DNA of 64,000 nt from Candidatus Micrarchaeota archaeon CG1_02_47_40 (GCA_001871475.1 MNVE01000016.1:197343-261342), one strand, 5' to 3'. Shown: positions 1 to 9,297, counted from the stretch's first letter. Notes: a model not told the origin generated them from the sequence alone. Made by a program: numbers and translations.

Positions 1-161
1 AGCTTTCTTCTTAGCTTTGAGGTTATGAGGTAATTCAGCATATGTTTAAGTTTTATACACAAACGTTTAAAAAACTTACACACTTGGCAGAATGAGGAAC
101 GCTCGCGCTAAGGGAAAGTGAAAAATAAAAAAAGAAAAAGTAGGGGAAAAAATCCCCTTAT

Positions 162-377
162 TCAGGCATTCTTCATCTTTGCTTCGCACACATAGCCCGC
201 GCTGTCAACGTAATACATGCAGCCTTTCTTCCTGTCAATCTTTTCGCCGCCTACCTTCTTCTTCCTTCCGCTCTTGTTGTGCTTCATCGGGGATGCCCAG
301 ACATAGCTGTCTTTGCCGAGGTAGTAAAGATAGCCGTCTTCCCTTCTTATCTTCTCTGTGCTTATTTTCTTTCCCAT
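162..377 (-). CDS. hypothetical small basic protein with internal duplicated G-x-YY...YV motif
   Basis: 71-aa ORF directly beyond the 3' flank of the TnpB element. Two similar segments (DGYLYYLGKDSYVW / KGCMYYVDSAGYVC). No family recognised. Confidence 0.3.
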   Translation of the reverse strand: MGKKISTEKIRREDGYLYYLGKDSYVWASPMKHNKSGRKKKVGGEKIDRKKGCMYYVDSAGYVCEAKMKNA

Positions 378-489
378 TTTTCTACACCTCCAAAAAAACT
401 AACAAGAGGAATACGAGGTGATGGTTTATAAGGGTTTCTCTCTCGGAGGGAAGGAGAGTGGAGAAAATACCAGTGGCATATTCCCATCC

Positions 490-1707
490 TTATCTGCTTG
501 GCTCTGGTGAGCCATCTGCGTGCACAAAGCGCACGTCCTGACGGCTCTGCTGTCGGAGTCTTGACGGCTGCGCCGTCAAAAAGGTGTGGGCTTCTTCCTT
601 CAATGACAAACCTATTGGTTCATCTCCAGAAGCGTTACTTCCTGCGTGCCCCGCAGTAGCTCTTATGAGTATATTTTGTGCAGCATTCAAATCTCTGTCC
701 ATGACCAGATTGCAGAAAGGGCAATCATGCGTCCTTACTGTCAGGTCTTTCTTGACAATTTCATGGCAGTTGCTGCACTCTTGAGTCGTATTCTTCGGAT
801 TTACAAACACAACCTCGCAACCGGCACTTTCAGCCTTGTAGCTCAGCATGTTTGCAAACATTCCCCAACCAGCATCATTGATTGACTTGCCAAAATTCTG
901 TTCTGCCATCTCCTGGCTGGCAAGTTTCTCCAATGCTATGAGGGAATATGAATTGACGAGTGAAGTGGTTGTCTTGTGGAGAAAATCAGCTCTTGTGTTT
1001 GCAACCTTTTCGTAGGCAATGGCAACCTTTCGTTTTGCTTTTCGGCTGTTTTTACCTCCTCTTTTCGCCATTGAAAACAAGCGTTGCAGCTTTGCAAGTT
1101 TCTCTTCGTGCTTCTTGAGATGTCTTGGATTTTTAATCATAGTTCCGTCTGAGAGAGTTGCAAGTGTTTTCAATCCAAGGTCTATTCCAATCTTTGCTCC
1201 AAGATTATGTCGTGTTTCTTTTGGAAGTTGCTCAACACAGAAAACGGCAAACCACTTTCCAGACGGCTCTCTCTTCAAGGAAAGTGTCTTGTTTGTTCCT
1301 TCAATCGTTCTGTGCTGTTTGATGTTGATTTCCCCAAATGGAGTGACTTTGAGTTTCTTTTCAAGCCAGAAACCAGACTGAGGGTAATTCAAACTTTTTA
1401 GTCTATCAAACGATTTGAAGCGAGGAAAGCCGCACTCTTTTCCTTTCTTTTTGAGTGCCACCATACGCCAAATTGATTTATTCAGGCGTTCCACCAGTTC
1501 CTGCCCGACTTGGGAATACAATTCGCTGTTTTTGCAAAAACTTCTTAGAGTTTTCTTTGTTGGAAACTTACCATAGTCCGAGTAGATTTTCTTTGTAAAA
1601 GCAAGCATCTCATTCCAAAGTTCCTTCTCTACCCAAAGGTGGCGCGCCATTTGCTTCTCCTGTTTTTTGGAGGGATATAACCTGAATTTGTATGCCCTTA
1701 TGCACAT
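490..1707 (-). CDS. tnpB: TnpB (OrfB) RNA-guided endonuclease, RuvC-like with zinc finger
   Basis: 405 aa. The N-terminus (MCIRAYKFRLYPSKKQEKQM) is typical of OrfB_IS605. RuvC-I is IGIDLGLKTLATLSDG, RuvC-II is LIALEKL, the zinc ribbon is CSNC...CPFC, and RuvC-III is DRDLNAAQNI. Confidence 0.85.
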   Translation of the reverse strand: MCIRAYKFRLYPSKKQEKQMARHLWVEKELWNEMLAFTKKIYSDYGKFPTKKTLRSFCKNSELYSQVGQELVERLNKSIWRMVALKKKGKECGFPRFKSFDRLKSLNYPQSGFWLEKKLKVTPFGEINIKQHRTIEGTNKTLSLKREPSGKWFAVFCVEQLPKETRHNLGAKIGIDLGLKTLATLSDGTMIKNPRHLKKHEEKLAKLQRLFSMAKRGGKNSRKAKRKVAIAYEKVANTRADFLHKTTTSLVNSYSLIALEKLASQEMAEQNFGKSINDAGWGMFANMLSYKAESAGCEVVFVNPKNTTQECSNCHEIVKKDLTVRTHDCPFCNLVMDRDLNAAQNILIRATAGHAGSNASGDEPIGLSLKEEAHTFLTAQPSRLRQQSRQDVRFVHADGSPEPSR

Positions 1708-1720
1708 GAAGAGAAGTTGT

Positions 1721-1770
1721 TTTGACGGCTTTATAAAGAAGAGGAGGGAGTAGAAGTCCGACCCAACCGA
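1721..1770 (-). promoter_or_regulatory. tnpB promoter: TATA-like CTTTATAAAG about 25 nt before the ATG, plus the upstream 16-mer CGGACTTCTACTCCCT
   Basis: On the minus strand the sequence reads GGTCGGACTTCTACTCCCTCCTCTT CTTTATAAAG ...ATG. The same 16-mer plus TATA arrangement recurs at 62292-62335 in front of the antisense intron HE gene. Confidence 0.45.
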
Positions 1771-1852
1771 TGGCGGCTACCATATCTTAAAACGCTCGCT
1801 TTCATCCCACCGCTAAATTGACGCTTTAAACCTTTCGTCCGTTAATATTTAC

Positions 1853-2086
1853 ATGAGAATGTTTGGTTTTTCCGTGGTGATCTTTCCCGAAGCCGGCTCT
1901 TATTCTGCGTGGTGCCCTGATTTAGATGTCGCCTCGCAAGGAGATACTTTAGAAGAGGCGATTGCAAATCTGAAGGAGGCGCTTGAGCTTCATGTGGAAT
2001 GCCTTTCACCGAGCGAACTACAGGAGATTAGGAAGCGACAAGGTACCAAGTTAATGACAACGATAGAGATACCTGTAAGCAATTGA
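1853..2086 (+). CDS. HicB-like antitoxin / UPF0150 family protein (no HicA partner seen)
   Basis: 77 aa. The segment YSAWCPDLDVASQGDTLEEAIANLKEALELHVE is typical of the HicB/UPF0150 fold. No HicA-like small ORF was found in the upstream 150 bp. Confidence 0.55.
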   Translation: MRMFGFSVVIFPEAGSYSAWCPDLDVASQGDTLEEAIANLKEALELHVECLSPSELQEIRKRQGTKLMTTIEIPVSN

Positions 2087-2099
2087 GAAAATTCTTGTT

Positions 2100-3053
2100 T
2101 CACTTCAATATTCCCATCTGCGCCAATAAGGCTTCCAACTGTATCCTCTCATTCGCCCCTTCCACCATCCTGAAATTGTACTCTCCTATCTTGTCAATCA
2201 GGTGCACTTTCTTCTCTTCTGAAATCTCAAGCGAGGGGACGGCGCGGTATATCTGCAGTAAAATATCTTCTCCTGACATGCCGTATTTTATGAGCAATTC
2301 ATCCAGATTTTTTCTCGCCTCAAGGAATTTCCCTGAAAGCGCAAGCTGTATCATCGCATCCACTTCAGCCGGCTTTGCGCGCGAGGCGATGCGGTAAATC
2401 AACTCGCTTGTTATTTTCTTTGAAGAGAAGGAAGCCCCCTGCAAGGCATTTATTGCCTTTCTCATATCTCCCTCGCTAATGTATATGAGTGTTTTGAGCG
2501 CTTCCTCATCCACCTGCAAACCTTCCGTTTTTGCAATTCTCTCTATCATCTGTTTTATTTCCCCCTCGGAAAGGGACAGGAAGCGGAAAACGGAGCATCT
2601 GCTCTGCAGGGGCTCTATTATTTTTGAGGAGTAGTTGCAGGAGAGTATGAAGCGGGTTATGGAAAGGTATTTTTCCATCGTGCGCCGCAGGGCGTGCTGT
2701 GCGTCCGAGGTGAGCGCGTCCGCCTCATCTAAAAATATTATCTTAAAGGGGACCGCCTCAAGCGCGACCGTGCGCGCAAAATCCTTTATCTTTCCCCTTA
2801 CAACATCTATTCCTCTTTCATCAGACGCATTCAGCTCTAAAAGAGAAGAGGAAAAATTCTCCCCGTACAAATCATGCGCAAGCGCAAGCGTAGCCGTCGT
2901 TTTCCCTATTCCCGGCGAGCCGGAGAAAAGAAGGTTGGGAAGGTTGCGGTTTTTCACAAAAGCGCGCAAAGAGGAAACTATGTGCGCCTGCCCTATTACG
3001 TCTGGCAGCGTTTTCGGGCGGTATTTTTCAGTCCAGGGGAGAACATCTTCCAT
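2100..3053 (-). CDS. rfcS: replication factor C small subunit
   Basis: Contains PWTEKYRP, the Walker A SGSPGIGKTT, the DEAD-like IIFLDEADALT, and the SRC motif (QSRCSVFRF). The likely start is MEDVLPW, internal to the ORF. Confidence 0.85.
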   Translation of the reverse strand: MEDVLPWTEKYRPKTLPDVIGQAHIVSSLRAFVKNRNLPNLLFSGSPGIGKTTATLALAHDLYGENFSSSLLELNASDERGIDVVRGKIKDFARTVALEAVPFKIIFLDEADALTSDAQHALRRTMEKYLSITRFILSCNYSSKIIEPLQSRCSVFRFLSLSEGEIKQMIERIAKTEGLQVDEEALKTLIYISEGDMRKAINALQGASFSSKKITSELIYRIASRAKPAEVDAMIQLALSGKFLEARKNLDELLIKYGMSGEDILLQIYRAVPSLEISEEKKVHLIDKIGEYNFRMVEGANERIQLEALLAQMGILK

Positions 3054-3128
3054 GAAAATCAGCTTGAGTCTATTTGGGAACAAATTATTATATAGCTTCG
3101 TTGCAATAATATGCTCCAGCAGGTGTAA

Positions 3129-3512
3129 TTGATGGATAAAAAAGAGAGCAGTGGAGTGAATTTTGGGGAAAAGGAAAGGGAAGCCGCATTTGGCGTGCTT
3201 ACCGCCCTAATCGCATTTCTGGCAATTTGGGCATTCAACCTTTTCGGGATGCAGGCATTGGGAGTGTGGGGCGGGGCGCTTGCGATGTGCGCTGCGCTTG
3301 TCGGGATGGCGCTGTTTGCAGGAATGGAAGTGGAGTTTGATTCCGGCAAGGCGGCAATGCTTGTTTTTGTGGCTGCGGTTTTGGCGTATTTTGCGGCAAC
3401 CGTACCTGTGTTTGGCGGGTTTTACTTTTTCAGGCTGGGGTTTCTTTTCCTTCTCTTTTCGCTTACAGCCCCTTTAAGTAGAAGCATAAGGAGAAGGCTG
3501 CTTGGGAAGTAG
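3129..3512 (+). CDS. hypothetical small membrane protein
   Basis: 127 aa with 3-4 hydrophobic helices. No recognisable domain. Confidence 0.35.
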   Translation: MMDKKESSGVNFGEKEREAAFGVLTALIAFLAIWAFNLFGMQALGVWGGALAMCAALVGMALFAGMEVEFDSGKAAMLVFVAAVLAYFAATVPVFGGFYFFRLGFLFLLFSLTAPLSRSIRRRLLGK

Positions 3513-3535
3513 GCGCTTGTACAGAGGTCAAATTT

Positions 3536-6500
3536 ATGCACAACCAAACGAAGCTTGAGGAGAACGTATTGGAGTTTTGGAAGGGGAAGGGCATTTACAA
3601 AAAGGCAAAGGAAAGGAATAAAGAAGGCGAAGCATTCTTCTTCTGCGACGGACCCCCTTATGCCACGGGGCAGATTCACCCAGGCACGGCATGGAATAAG
3701 TGCCTGAAGGATGCGGTTTGTAGATATAAGAGAATGCGCGGGTATAATGTGCGTGCGCAGCCGGGTTATGATACGCACGGGCTTCCGATAGAAGTGAAAG
3801 TTGAGCAGGAGATGAAAATAGGCGAAAAGAAGGAAATAGAGGAAAAAATAGGCATAGAAAAATTCGTGGGGAAATGCAGGGAGTTTGCCACCAGGCACAT
3901 TGAAGTGATAAGCGGGCAGTTTGAGCGCTGCGGGGTGTGGATGGATTTTGAGAACCCGTATATCACTTACAAAAACTCGTACATTGAATCCGCCTGGAAA
4001 ACGATTAAGGCGGCGCATGAAAAGGGATTGCTCTCGCGGGGAGTGTATGTGCTCCCATACTGTACGCGCTGCCAGACAACGCTTGCGAATTATGAACTTG
4101 AGTATGCTGACCAGACGGACCCGAGCATTTACGTGAAATTCAAGGTGAAGGGAAAGGAAAATGAATACCTTGTGATTTGGACTACAACCCCCTGGACGCT
4201 TGTCTCAAATATGGCGGTGATGGCGCATCCAACCCTGGAGTATGTAAAAGCGAAGGTAGGAGATGAAGTTTGGGTGGTTGCAAAGGAAAGGCTGGATGCG
4301 GTAATGGCATTTGCAAATTCCTCGGCAGTGGTGCTCTCGCAAGTATCGGGAAAGAAACTTGAAGGGACGGAATACGAACTTCCGCTTGCGGGAAAAATAA
4401 AAAAGGAGTATAATAGAAAAATGGTGCTCTCGGATGAGTTTGTCAGCGTGGAGGATGGAAGCGGCTTGGTGCACTGCGCTCCCGGGCACGGACCGCAGGA
4501 CTTTATCATAGGAAAACGCTTTGACATTGAAATATTCTCCCCTATTGATGCGGAGGGGAAATTCACGCAGGAAGCAGGCGAGTATGAAGGGATGGACACG
4601 CAAAGCGCGGGAAAGCGCATATTGGAGTATTTGGATGAAGTGAATGCGCTAGTGCATTCTGGAAAAATAGTGCACCGCTACCCGCACTGCTGGCGCTGCA
4701 AGACAAAACTTATTTACCTGACGACAGACCAGTGGTTCATTACAGTCAGCAGACTGAAGGAGAGGATGATGGAGGAGATAGAAAAATGCAATTTCACCCC
4801 TTCTTTTGCAAAAACAAGATTTTCCGATTTTGTGCGCGCCGCGCCTGACTGGTGCATATCGCGCCAAAGGTACTGGGGAATACCGCTTCCCATTTGGATA
4901 TGTGAGAAATGCGCGCATATGAAAGTGGTGGGCTCTGCCTCGGAACTGCCAATCAAGCTTGAGGATTTGCACAGGCCGCAAATTGACACTGTGGAATTTG
5001 AATGCGAAAAATGCAAGGGAAAGATGAAGAGGATTCCGGATATATTGGACGTTTGGTTTGATTCGGGAAATGCGGTGTGGGCGCAGTTTGAAGCAGGGGA
5101 GGCGCTTTTCCCCGCAAACGTGATAATAGAGGGGAAAGACCAGACAAGGGGTTGGTTTTATTCGCTTCTTGGCAGCGGGCTTGTGCTAAAAGACTGCATA
5201 CCTTACTCAAATTTAGTCATGCACGGCTTTTTCGTTGATGAGAAAGGGGAGAAGATGAGTAAATCAGTAGGGAATTTCGTGCCGCTTGAGGAGATAATGA
5301 AGAAAAACGGCTCTGATGCATTTAGGCTTTGGTGCCTCTCTTCCACCATCTGGGATGATTTGAGATTCAACTGGGATGAGATAAGGGAGGCGTCTGTGGC
5401 GCTTGGAATATTATATAATTTGGGGGCGTATTTGCAGAGATTTTACCCTGATAATAAATTGGAGAGGGGCAAAGCGGAGAAAGCAGAGGACGCGTACATA
5501 ATTTCAAGGCTGAATGAAACCGTGAAGGAGTGCACCGGTGCGTTTGAGGAGTACAGGGTGCATGATGCCGCAAAGCTTGCGCGCAGATTTGTCGTGGAGG
5601 ATTTGAGCAGATTTTATCTCAAAATTGCAAAAAAGAGGACGGATGAGGAGTCATTGGCTGCCGTGTATGAGTGTATGTTAACCTCGCTTCGGCTTCTCTG
5701 CCCCATTGCGCCTTGCACATGCGAAGCGGTTTATGGGGAGTTTTTCAAAAAGCATGAAAAAGAGGAGTCCGTGCACTTTTTGGGCTGGCCCGCTTTCAAT
5801 GAGAAGGAAATTGATGCCGTGCTTGAAAAGAAGATGATGGTTGCGCAGGCGGTAATAGCCGCCGCAACGAATGCGCGGCAGAAGGCGAATGTTAAGCTTC
5901 GCTGGCCGCTTGAGAAAATTTCGCTGGCGAGTACGCAAACTGAAGTGAGCAGTGCGGCAGAGGAGCTTTCAGGAATAATATGCGAAATGGCAAATGTGAA
6001 GCAGGTGGAGATTGGGAATGCGCCAAAAAGCAGCTTCTTCCTTGAGCCGAATTTCGCAAAGATAGGGGAGGCGTTTAAGGGGGATTCCAAAGCGGTGATA
6101 GAGGAGCTGGGAAAGATAGATGCAAAAACCGCAGCGGAGGCGCTCTCGCACGATGGGAAGTATGCTGTTTTGGGAAAATACGAGGTAAATAATGAGATGG
6201 TTGGAGTAAAGGAGGAAGCTGGCGGATATTCAATAGCTGAATTTGAAGGGGGAAAGGTTTATTTGAAAACTGAAATGAGCAAAGAGCTTTTGCAGGAGGC
6301 GTATGTGCGCGAGGTGGCAAGAAGGGTTCAGCAGCAGAGGAAAGGGATGAAGCTTGTTGAATCGGATAAGGTGACTTTGGAGATTGCTTGCAGGGGGGAA
6401 ATTAGGGAAATTCTGGAGCGAGGAGAGAAGGAAATTGTGCAGCAGGTGAATGCTTCTTCTGTTGAATTTGTTGAGAAGGCAAAAGGGAAGGAATCGGAAG

Positions 6501-6550
6501 AGTTTGAGATTGAAGGGGAGAAGGTAGGGGTAAGGGTGAAAAAGGATTAA
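3536..6550 (+). CDS. ileS: isoleucyl-tRNA synthetase
   Basis: 1004 aa. Class I HIGH-like PGTAWNKCLKD, WCISRQRYWGIP (IleRS editing/CP signature), KMSKS (EKMSKSVGN), and zinc cysteines (CWRC...CEKC). Confidence 0.9.
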   Translation: MHNQTKLEENVLEFWKGKGIYKKAKERNKEGEAFFFCDGPPYATGQIHPGTAWNKCLKDAVCRYKRMRGYNVRAQPGYDTHGLPIEVKVEQEMKIGEKKEIEEKIGIEKFVGKCREFATRHIEVISGQFERCGVWMDFENPYITYKNSYIESAWKTIKAAHEKGLLSRGVYVLPYCTRCQTTLANYELEYADQTDPSIYVKFKVKGKENEYLVIWTTTPWTLVSNMAVMAHPTLEYVKAKVGDEVWVVAKERLDAVMAFANSSAVVLSQVSGKKLEGTEYELPLAGKIKKEYNRKMVLSDEFVSVEDGSGLVHCAPGHGPQDFIIGKRFDIEIFSPIDAEGKFTQEAGEYEGMDTQSAGKRILEYLDEVNALVHSGKIVHRYPHCWRCKTKLIYLTTDQWFITVSRLKERMMEEIEKCNFTPSFAKTRFSDFVRAAPDWCISRQRYWGIPLPIWICEKCAHMKVVGSASELPIKLEDLHRPQIDTVEFECEKCKGKMKRIPDILDVWFDSGNAVWAQFEAGEALFPANVIIEGKDQTRGWFYSLLGSGLVLKDCIPYSNLVMHGFFVDEKGEKMSKSVGNFVPLEEIMKKNGSDAFRLWCLSSTIWDDLRFNWDEIREASVALGILYNLGAYLQRFYPDNKLERGKAEKAEDAYIISRLNETVKECTGAFEEYRVHDAAKLARRFVVEDLSRFYLKIAKKRTDEESLAAVYECMLTSLRLLCPIAPCTCEAVYGEFFKKHEKEESVHFLGWPAFNEKEIDAVLEKKMMVAQAVIAAATNARQKANVKLRWPLEKISLASTQTEVSSAAEELSGIICEMANVKQVEIGNAPKSSFFLEPNFAKIGEAFKGDSKAVIEELGKIDAKTAAEALSHDGKYAVLGKYEVNNEMVGVKEEAGGYSIAEFEGGKVYLKTEMSKELLQEAYVREVARRVQQQRKGMKLVESDKVTLEIACRGEIREILERGEKEIVQQVNASSVEFVEKAKGKESEEFEIEGEKVGVRVKKD

Positions 6551-7533
6551 ATTATTTCCCACCCGACTCCCCCGAAAAGCTCCCCTCCGAATATTTTTGC
6601 AAGATGGAATACCGCCACGGCAGTAATCAGCAAACCAAGCAGAGGCATTAGAATATTCTGCAGGAAAAGAAGGGAAAGTGCGCTGGAGTAAAGAGAAAGA
6701 AGCTCCGCCACCCTGTCAAGGAATCCCTCTTCGCGCAGATTTTCAACCTGCTCCTGTAAATTATCGCTCTCTTCAAAATTGGAGGTGGGAAGCGCGCCAA
6801 AATCCTCCCTGAAAGAAGAAACTGAAGAGGAAAGGGAGGTGAATGCCCCCCAGCCGTCATCCTCAACCGCCAATGAGAGGTAAATACAGAGGGGAAGGAA
6901 AATGTATGCGCCTATTGCCATTCCTAAAAGTGCGCCGCCTATCTTTCTTGTTGCAAAAAAGGAGCGGAACACTATGCCAAGGGGAAGAAGAAGCGCCATT
7001 GCGTAAGAGGAGATGAACTGCACCGCAAGAAGCTGTAAATTTAGTGAGAGCATTATCGCAATGAGCGAAAACTGGAATGAGCCGAAGGTGGAAACCGTCT
7101 GCTCAAGGGAGAAGAAGGGCGTTGAGGAGATTGACGCGAATGTGAATGAGAGCTTTGATGCAAACCCTATGATGTCTGCTGTGTGCAGGGTGGATTGAAG
7201 GAGGGAGGAAAGGGAAGAGTAAACTGCTGAAAGGGCGCAGGAGCAGATGTCTGCAAGGGTGGAGCCTGCGCAGCTGAAAATGGGGGAGGAGGCAGTTAGG
7301 GAGCCTGCAATTGAATCAAGAGTTGTAGTTATGGTGAAGGCGCCACCCACTATTGCGCCGTTTATTATAGACTGGAAAAGTTCCTCCGTTCCAAATGAGT
7401 AGAGGCGGCGCGAGGAGAATGCCTTTCCTATGCCTATCAATATTCCCGAGAGCATTATGGAGAGGAGCACTACGCTTGAGGCAATTGAATACGCTCCTTG
7501 TGCGAATTCAGGCTCAATAAAGCTCATGAACAA
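6547..7533 (-). CDS. hypothetical polytopic membrane protein
   Basis: 328 aa with many predicted TM helices. First of three consecutive membrane-protein genes. Confidence 0.4.
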   Translation of the reverse strand: MFMSFIEPEFAQGAYSIASSVVLLSIMLSGILIGIGKAFSSRRLYSFGTEELFQSIINGAIVGGAFTITTTLDSIAGSLTASSPIFSCAGSTLADICSCALSAVYSSLSSLLQSTLHTADIIGFASKLSFTFASISSTPFFSLEQTVSTFGSFQFSLIAIMLSLNLQLLAVQFISSYAMALLLPLGIVFRSFFATRKIGGALLGMAIGAYIFLPLCIYLSLAVEDDGWGAFTSLSSSVSSFREDFGALPTSNFEESDNLQEQVENLREEGFLDRVAELLSLYSSALSLLFLQNILMPLLGLLITAVAVFHLAKIFGGELFGGVGWEII

Positions 7534-7594
7534 ACACGCTTTTCAAAAACGCGCATTGCGCCTTGAGTTGCCAGGTATCGGACTTCTTTGGGTA

Positions 7595-7849
7595 TTAAGT
7601 CAGAAGATTCATTGAAGTGTTTCTTATCAAGACGGCGGCGCCGAGTATTGCTGCCACTATTATGCCGCCAACCAGCATCCCTATCGCAACTGTCTGCCAG
7701 CTGCCCTTCACTTCCGAGGGCTGTGTCTGCGCAACCCCGTATATTATGCCCCCGAGCACTATGAGAATAAGGGAAACCATCGGCCCTATGTTTGTTAGCA
7801 CTGACTGTATGCTGGCAAGAAGCGTCTCAACGTATGCCAACTCTCCCAC
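7595..7849 (-). CDS. hypothetical small membrane protein (2 TM)
   Basis: 84 aa with two hydrophobic helices. Confidence 0.35.
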   Translation of the reverse strand: MGELAYVETLLASIQSVLTNIGPMVSLILIVLGGIIYGVAQTQPSEVKGSWQTVAIGMLVGGIIVAAILGAAVLIRNTSMNLLT

Positions 7850-7858
7850 CCCCTAAAA

Positions 7859-8383
7859 TTATTTTTTTGAAATGAACGTGAATGCTGCACCGCCTACTGC
7901 TGCAAACAGGGCGGACATGATGGAAGTCGCACCGCCTATCATTATGATTACTCCAGAGTTCGTGAGCACGTCACCCATGCTTGAGGTTGTTGTCAGGATG
8001 CCGAGCAGACCCAGCCCCACGCCAAGCAATTCTAGTCCCACGCCCACTATGGAGCCGATAAGCCCGCTTATCGCGCCGGCGAATGCGTTTTGCACTGTAG
8101 TGAATGGGCGCCCCTCAAGGTTCCTTAGAGAAAATGCGCAGAAGATGCCGGCTAAAAAGGATGCAAAGCAGATTGCTGGCAGGAAAATCGCCCAGGAAAG
8201 GAGGTTTATGCCGGAAATGGGGATTATTGAAACAACAAGGCGCAGAAGATGGAACGCGACTATTATTGAGGCGCCCATGGAAGCGGCGATGAGCATGTTT
8301 GCGACAGGCCACATCTTCACGGAAGGAGTGTCTTTAGGTATCTGGTTTAGACCATCCGTTGGACGGGCGCTTGAAGAAACCAT
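7859..8383 (-). CDS. hypothetical membrane protein
   Basis: 174 aa, Gly/Ala-rich TM helices. Confidence 0.4.
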   Translation of the reverse strand: MVSSSARPTDGLNQIPKDTPSVKMWPVANMLIAASMGASIIVAFHLLRLVVSIIPISGINLLSWAIFLPAICFASFLAGIFCAFSLRNLEGRPFTTVQNAFAGAISGLIGSIVGVGLELLGVGLGLLGILTTTSSMGDVLTNSGVIIMIGGATSIMSALFAAVGGAAFTFISKK

Positions 8384-8445
8384 AGGGCATATAAAGGATT
8401 AATTATTTTTTAAATGTTGGGGTTCGCAATAATTCGGGAGATTGG

Positions 8446-9291
8446 ATGAGAATAGAGCTTGATGCTTCCAAGGATGCGAAAGAGAATGCCTCTGCCTATT
8501 TTGAAAAGGCGAAAAAGGCAAAGGAAAGGCTGAAGGGGGCAGAGGAAGCGCTCCTGCAGAGCAAAAAGGAGCTGGAAGCGCTTGAGAAGGAGGAAAAAAG
8601 CGAAGAGGGGAAAGAAAAGAAAGAGGAATACAAGATAAAGAGGAAGAAGGAATGGTACGAGCAGTTTCGTTTCTTCTTCACTCCTTCCGGGAAGCTGGTG
8701 ATTGGCGGAAGAAGCGCAAAGCAGAATGATTTGATTTATTCAAAATATCTTGAGGAGGATGACCTCTTTTTCCATGCGGACATACAGGGTGCGCCTGCGG
8801 TAATTTTGAAAGGGGGGAAGGGAAGCGGGACGGAAGAGGTGCAAGAAGGAACGGATGCGGGAGCGCGTGATGGAAGGGCAGGGGATGGGGCAAGTGATGA
8901 GGAGAAGATGCTAACAGCCCAGTTTGCCGCAAGCTATTCCTCTGCGTGGAAGGTGGGAGTGGCAGCAGTGGATGTTTATGCGGTGGGGAAAAAACAGCTC
9001 TCAAAGCACGCTTCAGGAGGATTTGTTGGGAAGGGGGGGTTTGCAATAGAGGGAGAGAGGGAATGGTTTAGGAAAACGCCCCTTGGAGTGAAGGTGTTTG
9101 TGCGGGAAGGAGCGCCTTTCGCAGTGCCGGAGAGAATGCAGGTGAAGGAGAAGGCGGTTTCCCTTGAGGTTGGGGGAAAGGATGAGAAGATGAAGGCGGC
9201 TAAAAAGATTGCAAAACTGCTCTCCTGTGAATTGGATGAGCTGATGCAGCTTCTTCCGTCGGGCGGAATGAGAGTGGTTTGGGGCGGCTGA
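8446..9291 (+). CDS. coiled-coil + NFACT-R (DUF814) domain protein, short Rqc2/CCDC25-like
   Basis: K/E-rich coiled coil, then WYEQFRFFFTPSGKLVIGGRSAKQNDLIYSKYLEEDDLFFHADIQGAPAVILKG, which is the DUF814/NFACT-R signature. It lacks the NFACT-N and HhH modules of full archaeal Rqc2 homologs. Confidence 0.6.
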   Translation: MRIELDASKDAKENASAYFEKAKKAKERLKGAEEALLQSKKELEALEKEEKSEEGKEKKEEYKIKRKKEWYEQFRFFFTPSGKLVIGGRSAKQNDLIYSKYLEEDDLFFHADIQGAPAVILKGGKGSGTEEVQEGTDAGARDGRAGDGASDEEKMLTAQFAASYSSAWKVGVAAVDVYAVGKKQLSKHASGGFVGKGGFAIEGEREWFRKTPLGVKVFVREGAPFAVPERMQVKEKAVSLEVGGKDEKMKAAKKIAKLLSCELDELMQLLPSGGMRVVWGG

Positions 9292-9297
9292 TGCGAA

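Larger units (their letters stand above)
380..1790 (-). mobile_element. IS200/IS605-family element carrying tnpB only (IS1341-like); boundaries approximate
   Basis: Single TnpB gene with no adjacent Y1 (HuH) TnpA. The ORF's C-terminal read-through tail suggests the right end and omega-RNA overlap its 3' end. The promoter and left-end region lie at 1708-1790. Confidence 0.55.

Noticed and set aside
1700-1852. Search for a HicA toxin partner upstream of the HicB-like gene
   Set aside because: Only a 15-codon ORF is present. The region is the tnpB promoter and left end, so HicB is treated as an orphan.
2635-3132. 165-aa plus-strand ORF antisense to rfcS, and similar antisense ORFs within ileS (4129-4620, 4205-4603, 4649-5016), hppA (22462-22983, 23443-23844), purL (43116-43688 etc.) and tnpB (584-885, 1019-1401)
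   Set aside because: They are fully embedded in strongly supported genes on the opposite strand, with low-complexity translations.
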